From positions 139,004,001 to 139,068,000 of the forward strand of contig OX597818.1 of assembly GCA_951406725.2 (NCBI GenBank): a stretch of DNA of 64,000 nt, in the 5' to 3' direction. The stretch's first letter is position 1. Each line of letters starts with the position of its first letter. Of this stretch, positions 26,150 to 39,662 are shown piece after piece. Made by a program: the position numbers and the translations under genes. The notes beneath the pieces are model-generated. The model was not told the origin of the DNA. It made no database searches and saw only the letters and a program-made list of their open reading frames with translations. Source of the stretch: Octopus vulgaris. Taxonomy: Eukaryota.

Positions 26150-26385
26150 TAATGTTCGTAGCCACTTCAACATGGCTCTCCGTTCGAACGGACTTTATTG
26201 TGATTTTTTAACCCCAAGAGGACATCTCATCTAGCTGGTTAACGATGCACGGCTGCAATATCTCGCAATATCTCAGGTGCATCTATACATCGTTAATCAC
26301 CCAGAGAAGATATCCCCTTGAGGTTAAAGAATCGCAGTATAGTCCGTTCGAATGGACAGCCATGTTGAAGTGGCTACGAACGTTA
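26150..26385. mobile_element. fold-back MITE (whole element is an imperfect palindrome, TA at both ends)
   Basis: TAATGTTCGTAGCCACTTCAACATGGCT..CCGTTCGAACGGACT versus AGTCCGTTCGAATGG..AGCCATGTTGAAGTGGCTACGAACGTTA; pairing continues towards the centre. Confidence 0.85.
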
Positions 26386-26518
26386 TTTTTATATAATATA
26401 TATGCATACACGCACGCATATACTATATATGTGTTTCCGTATGGAAATGGTTTTCTATAAACTTCGTATCATTCTGCAGTTCGAAAATAACCATAGAATG
26501 TTCACGGCTAGCTACTAA

Positions 26519-26930
26519 TCTAGTATATATAAATCGCAGTACGTGTGTGTCTAATGACTAACGCATACATTTCCACAATTCTCAACCGATTTTAAAGCTT
26601 TACGCACACATTACTTATGTCCCAAGAATGGTCATGCATTATAACAATTTGCCCAGAGGTCCTGCGTAAATGGACGTAAATGGACATGGTTTTTTTTGTA
26701 TATAGGGTCTTCCATACTTTCAAATCTTATAAAAGTGAAAGGATTTTGTCTAATTATTTATTTCCACTGTCTACCTATATAAATCACAGTATGTGCGTGT
26801 ATAATGACTAATGCATTCATTTCCACAATTCTCAACTGATTTTCACCAGACTTTACACGCACATTACTTATGTCACAACGATGGCCATGCACTAGTGAAA
26901 GGATTTTGTCTATTTATTTTCACTGTCCAC
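26519..26930 (+). mobile_element. duplicated Helitron-like 5' terminal segment
   Basis: Two ~120-bp copies (26519 and 26770) starting TCTA..TATATAAATC and containing TCAACCGATTTT, as typical of non-autonomous Helitron 5' ends. Confidence 0.45.
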
Positions 26931-26949
26931 CTAAGACGGTGATTTAGTT

Positions 26950-28020
26950 CACTAGGAACACTGTATGCGATGAATATCCAATACCAAATACCAAACTATC
27001 TTGAACTACATATTTAAACTGCATTAAACTTTGCCAAGCTTAACTTTACCTATTCTGAGTTACTTGAAAAGTGATGTTTCCTTCCCTGCCTTCTATTTGT
27101 TGATAACTTTGTTTATCTTTGATACTATTGTTTCAATTTAAGGATGCTTATTTACCCATCCATTATGATATTTCGATGTTGTTTATTGTTTCACATACGT
27201 TTTACCATTGTTGTTCCAGCCCTTTTTAAACAATCACATATAATTCGTCCCAAAGAATCAACCTTTAAATAAGAGTTTTGCTTCCACTAGCGAAAGCTAC
27301 ACGTATCTTTCAGGAAACTCCATACCAATTTAACTTTATGCGGCATTCTCTGTTAGTTTATGCGCAGGTTATGTGGGAAGACAGAATAAAGGGGCTTTTA
27401 TTAGCTTATCTCTCCGAAAAATAGCTCCCTTTGCTGTTGAATAAAATAAACTTTCAGAGGGGAAGTTCCAACGTCTTCCTTCAATTTCCTTACACCATTT
27501 ACGTGGCTGTTTCTGACAAGAAATTCCGCCTTCATGTAAAACAGCTATATTTTGTAATCATTATCCATTATCTACTCCCAAAACACTTCAGTAGCTCTAC
27601 ATTGCATTGCTTGCAAACTTATATGTTCTATGATCTGCAACGACCTCCACAATAACCAGCCTTCAATTTGATTTTCCATTCCCAGGTTAATCGGAGGTAG
27701 ACTGCCGCGCTACTCATAAACCTTCTAGGTGGTTCAATTATTTGGAGAAAAAAATATCACCAAAGCAACATAAACAGTCCAAAGGACGGTTGCGTTTGCT
27801 AGTAATAACATTGCCTACAGTTTATGTAACATTTGGCGTCATAAGGTGGATGCATTATTGCACCATAAGTCGAACACATTAATTCAAAACAAAATGAATG
27901 GATCATATAGTTTATGACGTCAGTACCACACTTGATATAATTGCGATGCATCAAGAGACGAATATAATTTGAACATTTCTCCGTCATTCATTTTTAGACA
28001 TCAATGGCTCCGGTTGTCCA
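26950..28020 (-). mobile_element. probable highly decayed Helitron Rep/PIF1-helicase fragment
   Basis: EKCSNYIRLLMH resembles E.FYLRLLLH and RLILWDE resembles PIF1 motif II LIIWDE; the motifs occur in the expected order. Confidence 0.4.
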
Positions 28021-28585
28021 GCAAATAAAGACAAGCATACTCGTCTGCCTATTTGTCTCTCAAGGTAGACATCCGTTCTATCTCCACTTCTAACGCATGC
28101 ATACATACCAGCATACATACGTTCATACATACATACACACGTGCACATAGTTCATAATACATAAATATATACATACATGCATACATACATACACATACAT
28201 ACATGGCTACATACATGCATACATACATGCATGCATACAAGCATACGTATATACATACAAGCATACAAACATACATGCATGCATACATACGTACATACAA
28301 GCATACATACATACATACGTACATACATACATAAATACTGACTCCAATATTGCACATATACAGACATACGTGCAAAAATATCCTGTTGATGTTGAAATTC
28401 CAATCAAGGAGCTGGGATCTACTTTGGAAACCGGCTCTTTCTCTATTCGCATGAAATCTTGAAATAAAACTGAATAACATACAAAAATACGTACGTACAT
28501 ACATACATACATACATACATACATACATACATACATACATACATACATACATACGTGCGCATATTATTATATATGTATATATATA

Positions 28586-29452
28586 TGGGGTGCGGTGAAT
28601 AAACTGTTGTCTAAATTACGTAAAAATGAAAATAACACGGACATCTCATTTTAGTAGATATATTTACCAAAATTACATAAAAATATCTCGAAATATTAAA
28701 CAGTATATTCATTCAATAAAGTCGCTATTGGCTTCAACCATGGCCTCCAGACGATCTCGGAATCATCTGCATCTCTTCTGGGTGGTCTCCTTGTTTAAGT
28801 TGGTGAATGCTGCCATAATCCTTGCCTTCAGTTCATCTTTGGTGTTACAAGGAGTTTTCTTGGTCTCTCGCTCAACTGCGCCGCACACGTAATGATCAAG
28901 CGGGTTGCAAGTCTGGAGAGTTGGGTGTCCAGATGTTAGGTGTGATGTGGTTGCAGAAATTGTCTGACAGCAATGACTGTGTTCTCTTATTTGTGTGGGA
29001 TGGTGCAGAGTCCAGTTGCCAGGCATAAAGTCTTCCAGCAACCATCCTCTTGACCCAGGGCAGCGCTACCTCCTCCAGGCACTTGATGTAAGCCTCCGTG
29101 TTGAGTCTGAGGCCGTGTGGGAAGATGAATAGAGGCATAACGTCACCATCAGTAGTGATCACTCTAAATACCATGATGTCGACTGGATGTTTGATTTTTC
29201 TCACTCTCGGTACATGTTCTCAGATTGACACCCAAACACTCTGAAATGTTCGTATTGGAGTTTCCGGCGCGAATGCCAAGCAGTACAGTATGTCGTTTCC
29301 TAACTCTTGGCAGAGTGAATTGCATCATGGTGCTGTTTTTCTCACAGACGATGCCCAACTGAACCTACTATACTGTGTAGTCGACAAAATAAAAAAACAA
29401 ACAATGCGCATGCACGAAGTTAAAAATATAAAATGGCGACAATTTACCCATA
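28586..29452 (-). mobile_element. Tc1/mariner DD37D (maT-type) transposon, internally deleted
   Basis: WQLDSAPSHT...WTPNSPDL-NPLD with 37 residues between the 2nd and 3rd Asp across a frameshift. Degenerate TIRs (TAAAYTGTYG). Confidence 0.85.
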
Positions 29453-29642
29453 TATTATATGTATCATATAAGAGGGACAGCACACATTCCACATTTTCGT
29501 ATTTTTCACTGAACAAATTAAAAATTTTTAATTTTTAATTCACCTGAAGTAAACTGTTTTTATTTGTTCATGATGTAATCGGTTTGCTCATGAATAAAAA
29601 TGCGTCTGAAACAGCTGTCGTGAACCTTACCCCATTTGTCGC

Positions 29643-29696
<54 letters not shown>

Positions 29697-29814
29697 ATAT
29701 GTAATATAATATAATATATATATATGTAATTAAGATACAGTCAAATTAGGTACTTAAATTAAGGCACCAAGCCAGTCCGGTATAGTTCACGCAGCTCAAA
29801 GTTAGGTGAACCAA

Positions 29815-30009
29815 ATGCAAATAAGTAACAAAGATGTTCAGGTATCACTGCATTACGGCCGTTTCAAGCGGCTCCATTGGAAATCTATATGGCCTGAGGA
29901 GAGCGGTTTCTTTCAAATTGATGTTATGTTTTCATTGATCGATTAAATGGAGCCGCTTGAAACGGCCGTCATGCATTGATACCTGGACATCCTTGTTACT
30001 TATTTGCAT
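29815..30009. repeat. 64-bp inverted repeat enclosing a hammerhead-like core (29894-29970, +)
   Basis: Arms at 29815-29878 and 29946-30009. CUGAGGA-GAGCGGUUUC...GGAGCCGCUU-GAAA-CGGCCG-UC. Confidence 0.7.
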
Positions 30010-30057
30010 ATAAGTATATATATGCGTGTGTGTGGGGTGTTTGTGTGTGTGTGTATG

Positions 30058-30088
<31 letters not shown>

Positions 30089-30368
30089 TACCTTATGGTA
30101 ATATATTAGAACTTCATTCTTTCCGTTTATTTTACATTCAACCTCGTCTAATTTCTAATCAGTTGTAGAATAGTCTCTCTGAACAAATCCATCGATTACA
30201 TGGAATAATTGTAATTGTAGATATGCATATATTTACTCGCATATATGTACACGCAGACACACCCACACACACTTTTTATACAATATTTACATATGTTTGC
30301 ATGTAAGCATATACATAGTTCAAGTACACCTCTCTCTCTCTCATATATATACATACATACATACACAC

Positions 30369-30845
<477 letters not shown>

Positions 30846-31529
30846 TTGAATAGGGAGGCTTATATATTTATGCACCGTTTCACCGGTCTGTGAGTTTATG
30901 CTTGAGCATAGGCATCTCCATTAGATTAGTAAAAGTTTTTGGCTGAAGGCAACACCATCCATAATTGGCATCCATAATTGGCGTCATTGCAAGGTGACTG
31001 ATGAATCTGGTTTATTGAAGCCGAGAGATAGGATGCTGTTGATAGGAGTGGGAGTGAGAAGACGTAGTAAAATGTGTGAGGGGGGTGAGCTAGAATGACA
31101 GAGTAGCAGAGAAAGAGATCATAGAGTAATGAGGGTGTAAGGAAAAGAGACATTTAGCGAGAGGGAGGAAGAGAAAGAGAGAGGGAGACAAATAGATAGA
31201 TAGACAGTGAGAGAGATAGAGAGATAGAAAGAGAGAGTGAGAGAAAGAGAGAGACAAAGACAGAGAGAGGTGGAGAGAGAGAGAGAGAAAAAAATAAAGG
31301 GAACGGATGAATAAAATTTAGTGAGCAAATGAGTTAGTAAGCAAAGGATATAAAAAAACCTGAGAATGTGAAAATCAGAGTAAAAAGCCATGAAGGAAAT
31401 AATTTATGCTTCTATATTTGCATGTGTATGTAATTTAGTGTTAATTTTGACCAGCCTCCTAATTGGTAGCATGGTTTTGAAGAAATGCATCTTGAAAAAG
31501 TCTTGCAGATTTTTATTGTGCCATATATC

Positions 31530-31720
31530 GCGAAAGCGATTGCATAGTGGCACTTAAATGGCAGCTCGAGGGGAAAAGAGCAGCCTGCTGCCCTAAAAAC
31601 ACATGGTGAAGGACCATTGATAGGGAAAGGAGACGAAATTGGTGGAGAAGCTGGAATGAGATCAGAACAGTGTTTGGACAGATTGTGTTGCGGCTTGATG
31701 TGCGCCATGGCACAAGGGAA
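31530..31720 (+). mobile_element. RTE LINE extreme 3' remnant
   Basis: RGKRAACCPKNTW*RTIDRE...SWNEI resembles the GKR.RGRPK.TWRRT..E..W motif. Confidence 0.55.
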
Positions 31721-31736
31721 ACAAACAAACAAACAT

Positions 31737-32090
31737 AGGCGTAGGAGTGGCTGTGTGGTAAGAAGCGCGCTTCCCATCTACATGGCTCCGGGTTCAGCAC
31801 TGCATGGCACCTTGGGAAATTGCCTTCTACAATACTCTCAGGCCGATCAAAGGCTTGTGATTGGATTTGGTAGACGGAAACTGAAAGAAGCCCACCGTAT
31901 ACATACATATCTGTGTGTGTGTATTTGTGTGTGTGTTTGTCTCCCCACCATTGCTTGACAACCGATGTTCGTGTATTTACGTACCCGTAACTTAGCGGTT
32001 CGGCAAAAAGGACCGATAGAATAAGTACTAGGCTTAGAAAGAATAAGTCCTGGGATAGATTTGAAACAATGACTGAAACAAGTAAAAGAG
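31737..32090 (+). mobile_element. SINE family A copy
   Basis: Matches the family consensus. Confidence 0.85.
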
Positions 32091-32478
32091 CAAAACAAAG
32101 AAACTAACTAATTAGCTTGCTAATTAGCTTACTAATTAGCTTACTAACTAATTAACGAACGAACGAACGAACGAACGAACTAGACATCGGGATCATTTGT
32201 GACGTTTGAAATTTCTGTTGAACCGCTAGGTTATAGAGACCTCAACAAACCAATACTGGCTGTGAAATGGTGAGCGGTGAACACAAAAACTTGCACACAT
32301 GTATGCATCTCTCTCTCATATACATACATACATACATACATACATACATACATACATACATACATACATACATACATACATACATACACACACATACACG
32401 ATTGCAGCGTAGAATGTGTTTATAAGTCATTTAAAAACACACAAAAACCGTTAGATTCACTTCAACATTTAAATTTAA

Positions 32479-32529
32479 TTTGCCAAAATATTTTCGTCGC
32501 TTTGAGACCGCGACCTGATCACTGACAAA
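32479..32529 (-). ncRNA. variant minimal hammerhead ribozyme with G3:C8 swap
   Basis: UUUGUCA-GUGAUCA-G-GUCGC(GGUCUCAAA)GCGAC-GAA-AAUAUU-U-UGGCAAA. 7-bp helix I, 5-bp helix II, palindromic helix III. Confidence 0.65.
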
Positions 32530-32618
32530 ATACCGCGTTTTTGTTTCAGCACACGCTCTCAGATCAGGTCAATTGCTATGCAAGTACATCTCCGTAATAT
32601 ATATATATATATATATAT

Positions 32619-32980
32619 ATATTGTTATATTTCGGAATGGTCATTTTGCCAGTTTAGCCAATAAAAACACACGCATTATATATTTGGTGTTATTTTGCTT
32701 CAGTGATATTTATTTTTTACATTAATCTTAATCTTATTTCGGCCAAAGTTCTTTCGTCACACTCCTGTGACCGCATCAGTGGTCCTTTGTTTTCTTCTTT
32801 CTTATTTGTGTCTCTCCTTACTAACTGATGCGGTCACAGGAGTGTGACGAAAGAACTCTGGCCGAAATAAGATTAAGATTAATGTAAAAATAAATAACAC
32901 TGAAGCAAAATAACACCAAATATTAGTGTGTGTGTTTTTATTGGCTAAACTCAATATGACATTCCGAAATATAACAATAT
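32619..32980. repeat. ~160-bp inverted repeat; each arm begins with a hammerhead-like core
   Basis: Arms at 32619-32780 and 32824-32980. CUGAUGC-G-GUCACA(GGAG)UGUGAC-GAA-AGAACU-H occurs on both strands. Confidence 0.85.
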
Positions 32981-33023
32981 CTGTTTCAACACACGACTTC
33001 ACATAAAAAATCTTGCACAACAA

Positions 33024-33089
<66 letters not shown>

Positions 33090-33914
33090 ACATACAGACA
33101 CACATACACATACATATATATCATGTATATTATGAACCTACCTACATACATACGCACTTTACACACACATGCATATACATACATACACACATACACACAC
33201 ATACATATTGTGGGTCATGTAATATGATAGTATTGTGAAGTAACAGGAGCATTTAAGTGGCAGGATAATTTGATAAAATATAAAGCTTCCAAGTATCGAC
33301 AGTTGTAAGAAATATATTTCTTTACATGTAAAAAATGAAATATGATCACATCAGATCAAAGAACATTGATTTTTATTGAGGGACAAGGCCACGTATTTGA
33401 AAAGGGAGCTCTTTAATTAGCGAATGTTTATTTTATCCAACCCGGAAGAACGAAAAGTAACCTTAATCCCTATGGGATCTGAACTCAGAAGGTAAAAGAA
33501 GCACGTGATTAATACCGTAATTTTTAAAATCCGGTATTCTGTTTCTGCCTCTCCCCGCTCCCTTCTGTATAAACAAAATATATTGAAATAAAACGTGGTC
33601 GGGGGATGGCGGGTGGGGGGGGGGCATAAAACTAACATTGATTTGAATTATGGCAAAATTGAAACAAATGTTGATTGTACATTGCATCAATGTCCCAACC
33701 GAACATCAACCATATCAAATTTAATGTGAATATTAACTGCATTAACTTCTCTAAAACTATTTCAGTTTATGGGTGTCCGCTGGATCTACATGCCATGGAA
33801 GGAACCTCTCTCTATAGTTCCTTTCTTCTGCGCAAGTGGCTCGTAGACTTGGTGCTGAAAACTTGTGGCTAGGGGAAGGACGTATATATATTTTCGCTCA
33901 TTTTCACTACGCTA

Positions 33915-34075
33915 GGTGCAGAGGTAGCTGCGTGGGAAAAAAACTTGTTTCCAAACCACATGGTTCCGGGTTCAGTCCCACTGCGTGGCACCTTGGGCAA
34001 GTATCTTCTACTATAGCCTCGGACCGACCAAAGCCTTGTCAGTGGACTTGATAGACGGAAACTGAAAGAAGCCTG

Positions 34076-34110
<35 letters not shown>

Positions 34111-34118
34111 TGCACGTT

Positions 34119-34149
<31 letters not shown>

Positions 34150-34320
34150 ACAACCGCTTGACAACAGGTGTTGGTGCGTTTACATCCCTGTAACAAAGTG
34201 GTTCGGTAAAAAGAGATGGAATAAGAGCCAAGCTTAAAATAAAGTCCTGGGGTTGATTTGTTCGACTAAAAGTCCTTCAAGGTGGTGCTCCAGCATGACT
34301 GCAGTTCAATGAAAATGAAT
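33915..34320 (+). mobile_element. SINE family A copy
   Basis: Matches the consensus; the internal tract is (CA)n(TA)n. Confidence 0.85.
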
Positions 34321-34636
34321 GAAAGATAGAAGATAAGAGATAGAAGATAAACGATAATCTGTTTCGGTTCAAAACTGGGAAAACTGTCGAGCAAAGTAAA
34401 GATATGCAGTTAAATGTCGTTCGGTAGCAATATATGGCTAATATTAACGAAATCTTTCTCAAAATTGCGACTTCTAAACATACGGACATGTGTTTAGAAT
34501 GCCTCTGGAAAGCATTAACATACATCACAACTGTTAGTTTCATCTCTTCTTCAGTTCTTCAGTTGATGATATTAATTCTCATTCAGTCTATGATTTTCGA
34601 GATATTAATGGATAAAGTTTCTTTCAAATAATTCTA

Positions 34637-35050
34637 GGCGCAGGAGTGGCTGTGTGTTAAGTAGCTTGCTAACCAACCACATGGTTCCGGGTTCAGTCCC
34701 ACTGCGTGGCATCTTGGGCATGTGTCTTCTGCTATAGCCCCGGGCCGACCAATGCCTTGTGAGTGGATTTGGTAGACGGAAACTGAAAGAAGCCTGTCGT
34801 ATATATGTATATATTTATATATGTGTGTATATGTCTTTGTGTGTCTGTGTTTGTCCCCCTAGCATTGCTTGACAACCGATACTGGTGTGTTTACGTCCCT
34901 GTCACTTAGCGGTTCGGCAAAAGAGACCGATAGAATAAGTACTGGGCTTACAAAGAATAAGTCCCGGGGTCGATTTGCTCGACTAAAGGCGGTGCTCCAG
35001 CATGGCCGCAGTCAAATGACTGAAACAAGTAAAAGAGTAAAAAAGAGAGT
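34637..35050 (+). mobile_element. SINE family A full-length copy
   Basis: Matches the consensus. Confidence 0.9.
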
Positions 35051-35719
35051 AAGTGTTCGTATTCACATTTGTGTCTGTGTATGTGCGCGCGTGCGTGAGT
35101 GTGCGCGTAATTTAAACGCCTGAAATTATATTAGAAACACGTGAAAGAATAAAGAGTGTGTATATATAAACTTTATTTCAGTTGCGCGCACACATGCGCG
35201 CGCACACACACGCACACATACCATATAAACGCATCATCAATAATTCAATAATTATTTGATATAAATTTTTTTTCTCTTATTACCCCCGACAGTCATAGAA
35301 CGAAGGTGAATATCATGACCCGATGACTCAAGAAGAAGGTGGAACCAACAGCTGTAGCATAGTCGATGGTCAAACTAGCATGTCTGCCTGACAGTATGTG
35401 GATATGTGAGTGTGTGCGCGTGTGTACGTGCGTGAGTGTACACAAGGAATGAGACAGAGAGAGAGAGAGGGGGAAAGTAGTCTGCAAACGTGCTTATCGT
35501 TGTAGGTGCGGAATACATGGACGTCTATGTTGGTTAACTTCAGAAGACAGAATATTTGAGTTTCAGGAATGACGTCAACTTAGATCTTGCTTACTGAGCA
35601 CCAGTCAACTTTGGAGTGGAACCTAATGACATCCTCTGCTATTTGATATGGCTAACTGTGCAGACGATTTATGGTAAAGGAAAGGAGATGGATGTGGAGG
35701 ATATATATGTGTGTGTGTG

Positions 35720-35970
35720 TGGAAGCGCAATGGCCCAGTGGTTAGGGCAGCGGACTTGCGGTCGTAGGATCGCGGTTTCGCTTCTCAGACCGGGCGTTGT
35801 GAGTGTTTATTGAGCGAAAACACCTAAAGGTCCACGAGGCTCCGGCAGGGGGTGGTAGCGGTCCCTGCTGTACTCTTTCACCACAACTTTCTCTCTCTTT
35901 CTTCTGTTGGCGTCATTTGAAGGCTAAAACAATGCAAAAGCGCATTGTGACCAGCGATGTGTAGCAACAT
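35720..35970 (+). mobile_element. SINE family B head with alternative tail
   Basis: Head as at 53364 (-); diverges after ~35905. Confidence 0.75.
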
Positions 35971-36616
35971 CTATCTATATATATATATCACAGCAGGAGT
36001 GGCTGTGTGGTAAGTAGGTGTCTCTAACTAACAATCCAAATGCGAAAGCCCGGCAGATTTCAACGTGTACATGTGTATTTCTATATGTATGTTCGAGAAC
36101 GTACATTTACACACATATATACAGACACAACTATACCTAAACACACACACACACACACACACATTCATGTGCAATTCGTATACACACAGAGTTTCGGAGC
36201 TAAATTTCTCAGCTAAATATCTCACTGTTCTGTAAGTCTTGTAATTTATCTGTCTCCTTTACCATTTGATCAGCAGAAACCGATTCTGAAATTTGAAAAT
36301 TGAAATTTCGGTGATGTCTTCACAAATGGCTTCCCTTTACTACAAAAGTGTCAGCCATACATACCAACATCACTCCATCCACATCCTGAAGATGGGGCAG
36401 AGAAAATCTAGAAACGTTGATGCTGTATTTAGGTATTTTCTTGCTCGTATGAATCACTAAGGACACATGCAAAAATGTGAACAAAAAAAAATGAAAATAA
36501 AAATCCAAACAAACGATCAAACAAAAAAAAACAACAACTGATAAAAGCAGAACTTAAAAGTGATTTCAATACTGCATGTTTAAAAGAAAAATTATTCTTC
36601 GTAGGTATGAGCAAAA

Positions 36617-37031
36617 AGACGAGCTGGCAGAAACGTTAGCACGCCGGGCGAAATGCGTAGCCGTATTTCGTCTGTCGTTACGTGCTGAGTTCAAATTCCG
36701 CCGAGGTCGACTTTGCCTTTCATCCTTTCGGGGTCGATAAATTAAGTACCAGTTACGCACTGGGGTCGATGTAATCGACTTAATCCCTTTGTCTGTCCTT
36801 GTTTGTCCCATCTGTATTTAGCCCCTTGTGGGTAATAAAGAAATAGGTATTTCGTCTGCCGCTACCTTCTGAGTTCAAATTCCGCCGAGGTCGACTTTGC
36901 CTTTCATCCTTTCGGGGTCGATAAATTAAGTACCAGTTACGCACTGGGGTCGATGTAATCGACTTAATACCTATGTCTGTCCTTGTTTGTCCCCTCTGTG
37001 TTTAGCCCCTTGTGGGTAATAAAGAAATAGG
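36617..37031 (+). mobile_element. SINE family M dimer
   Basis: Junction AAAGAAATAG|GTATTTCGTCTG; TAGGTATGAG flanks both sides. Confidence 0.9.
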
Positions 37032-37408
37032 TATGAGTAGAAAGGATATCCAGCCAAAGAAACGATAGCAAGAGCTATCATGGGAGCACAAGGCAGCCCA
37101 GTGGCTCGCCAGATTGTGTCAAACTGTCCAATCCATATTAACATGGAGAACGGACGTTAAATGATGATGAATGAATACACACACCTGCGCGCGCATACAC
37201 GCAGACGTACACGCATATACGTGCAAGCACATACATACATACGCACACGTATATTTGTGTATTGCGTATGATGGATGTATAAAAATTGCATGCAGGTGTA
37301 GCGTGTTTAGGTATGCGTACATCTGTTTGATTGAGTGAGAAACTGAGAGTTTGCCGATTTTGATATATCTGTGTTGTATGTGTATAGTTTCGCGCGTCTG
37401 TGAGCCTG

Positions 37409-37549
<141 letters not shown>

Positions 37550-37589
37550 GTACATATATATACATATATATATATATATACATACACAC

Positions 37590-37628
<39 letters not shown>

Positions 37629-37691
37629 CTGTATGTAACTAGCTATACGTACAAGTGCATATATGCATGCATGCATAGATGCAGGCAATCT

Positions 37692-38172
<481 letters not shown>

Positions 38173-38702
38173 ATAGACTGACAAGACGGACAGACAGATA
38201 GACAGTGAAGGAGAGACAGATACATATATATACGTCTAGTTGTATGCAAGATATTTTGCACAATTGACACGCAGTTGTGCAGCAGAATGATTTAGCAACG
38301 AAGTGTCTGGGAAAAGGAGTCACACAAGATGATTGCAGCCTGGAGTAAGATGGCGGCGGAATTTCAGCGGAGAAGGGTGGTAGGCAGAGGTAGATGGTAG
38401 TGTAGTGAATGTTGTTGGATGGCGGCGGCGGCGGTTGGTGATGAGTAGCGGAAGAGAAAATTTGGACATTGTTGAAAGATGTTGGCGGTCGATAGTGGAA
38501 AGGCATGCCATAGCGCATTCCCTAGCATATTCTGAAGTTTAATACACGTAAACCGTGGAGTAATGAAGCATGAGGCCGTATTTGAACCGTTGCAACAAGT
38601 ATGAAGCCATATAGCACAGTAAATTAAGCAGGCAATGTAGACTACACAGGTTCTCGCTGAGATTAGGTCAGGCGTGTCAAAATCATAAACATGACAACCA
38701 TT

Positions 38703-38734
<32 letters not shown>

Positions 38735-39662
38735 GCGCGTATATATATATATATATATATATGCACATGCATTTTATATATATATATATATGTATACATA
38801 TATATATATATACACATATATATATATAAAATGCATGTATATATATATATATATATAAAACAAACCAAACATGCACGCATATACACACAAATATATACAC
38901 AAACACAGATACACATGTGAACACACGCACACAAAGTTTTGTGTATCTAAGTATGTATATATGTATGTGTATGTATGTAAGTATGTATGTAGTGTATGTA
39001 TGTGTATGTATGTATGTATGTATGTATGTATGTATGTATGTAGTGTATGTGAGTGTATGTGTGTATGTATGTATGTATGTGTATGTGTGTGTGTGTATGT
39101 GTATAGGCAATTACACGCATTTATACACAAGCACTCTACACGCACTCATATAGGTATGACTCTTTTTTTCAGTGAAGGTATAAATGAGGGAGCGCTGTGA
39201 TGTTCATGCCTTTCCCTTTAATGGCATAAATGATACGAAACATTTCCACGTCGACTTGATTGTTATTTTATCCCAGGTGAAGTCTAAACGCACATACTCG
39301 CGTGCAAGACACTCCTGCCACGACCATCCCGATATTTTCGCACATCGTGTGCCTCGGAAAACACCATGTAATATGACCCTTCTTTTAAGAGAGTAGGATG
39401 GACACTCTTGCCTATCCTGCATCGCTCATTGGTGAATACTCTGGTACTCATTCTACTGGTCTCCCTTGCTAAACTGCTAGGTCACAGGGATGTAAACAAA
39501 CCAACACCAGTTGTCAAATGGTAGAAGGAGCAGACACTGACACAAAGATGTACACACACACGCACAATGGGCTTCTTTCAGTTTCCATCAACCAAATCCA
39601 CTCACCGATCGCTGAAACATCGAGAAACTTATTCTATCCGTTCAAACTCATGTCTGGATAAA

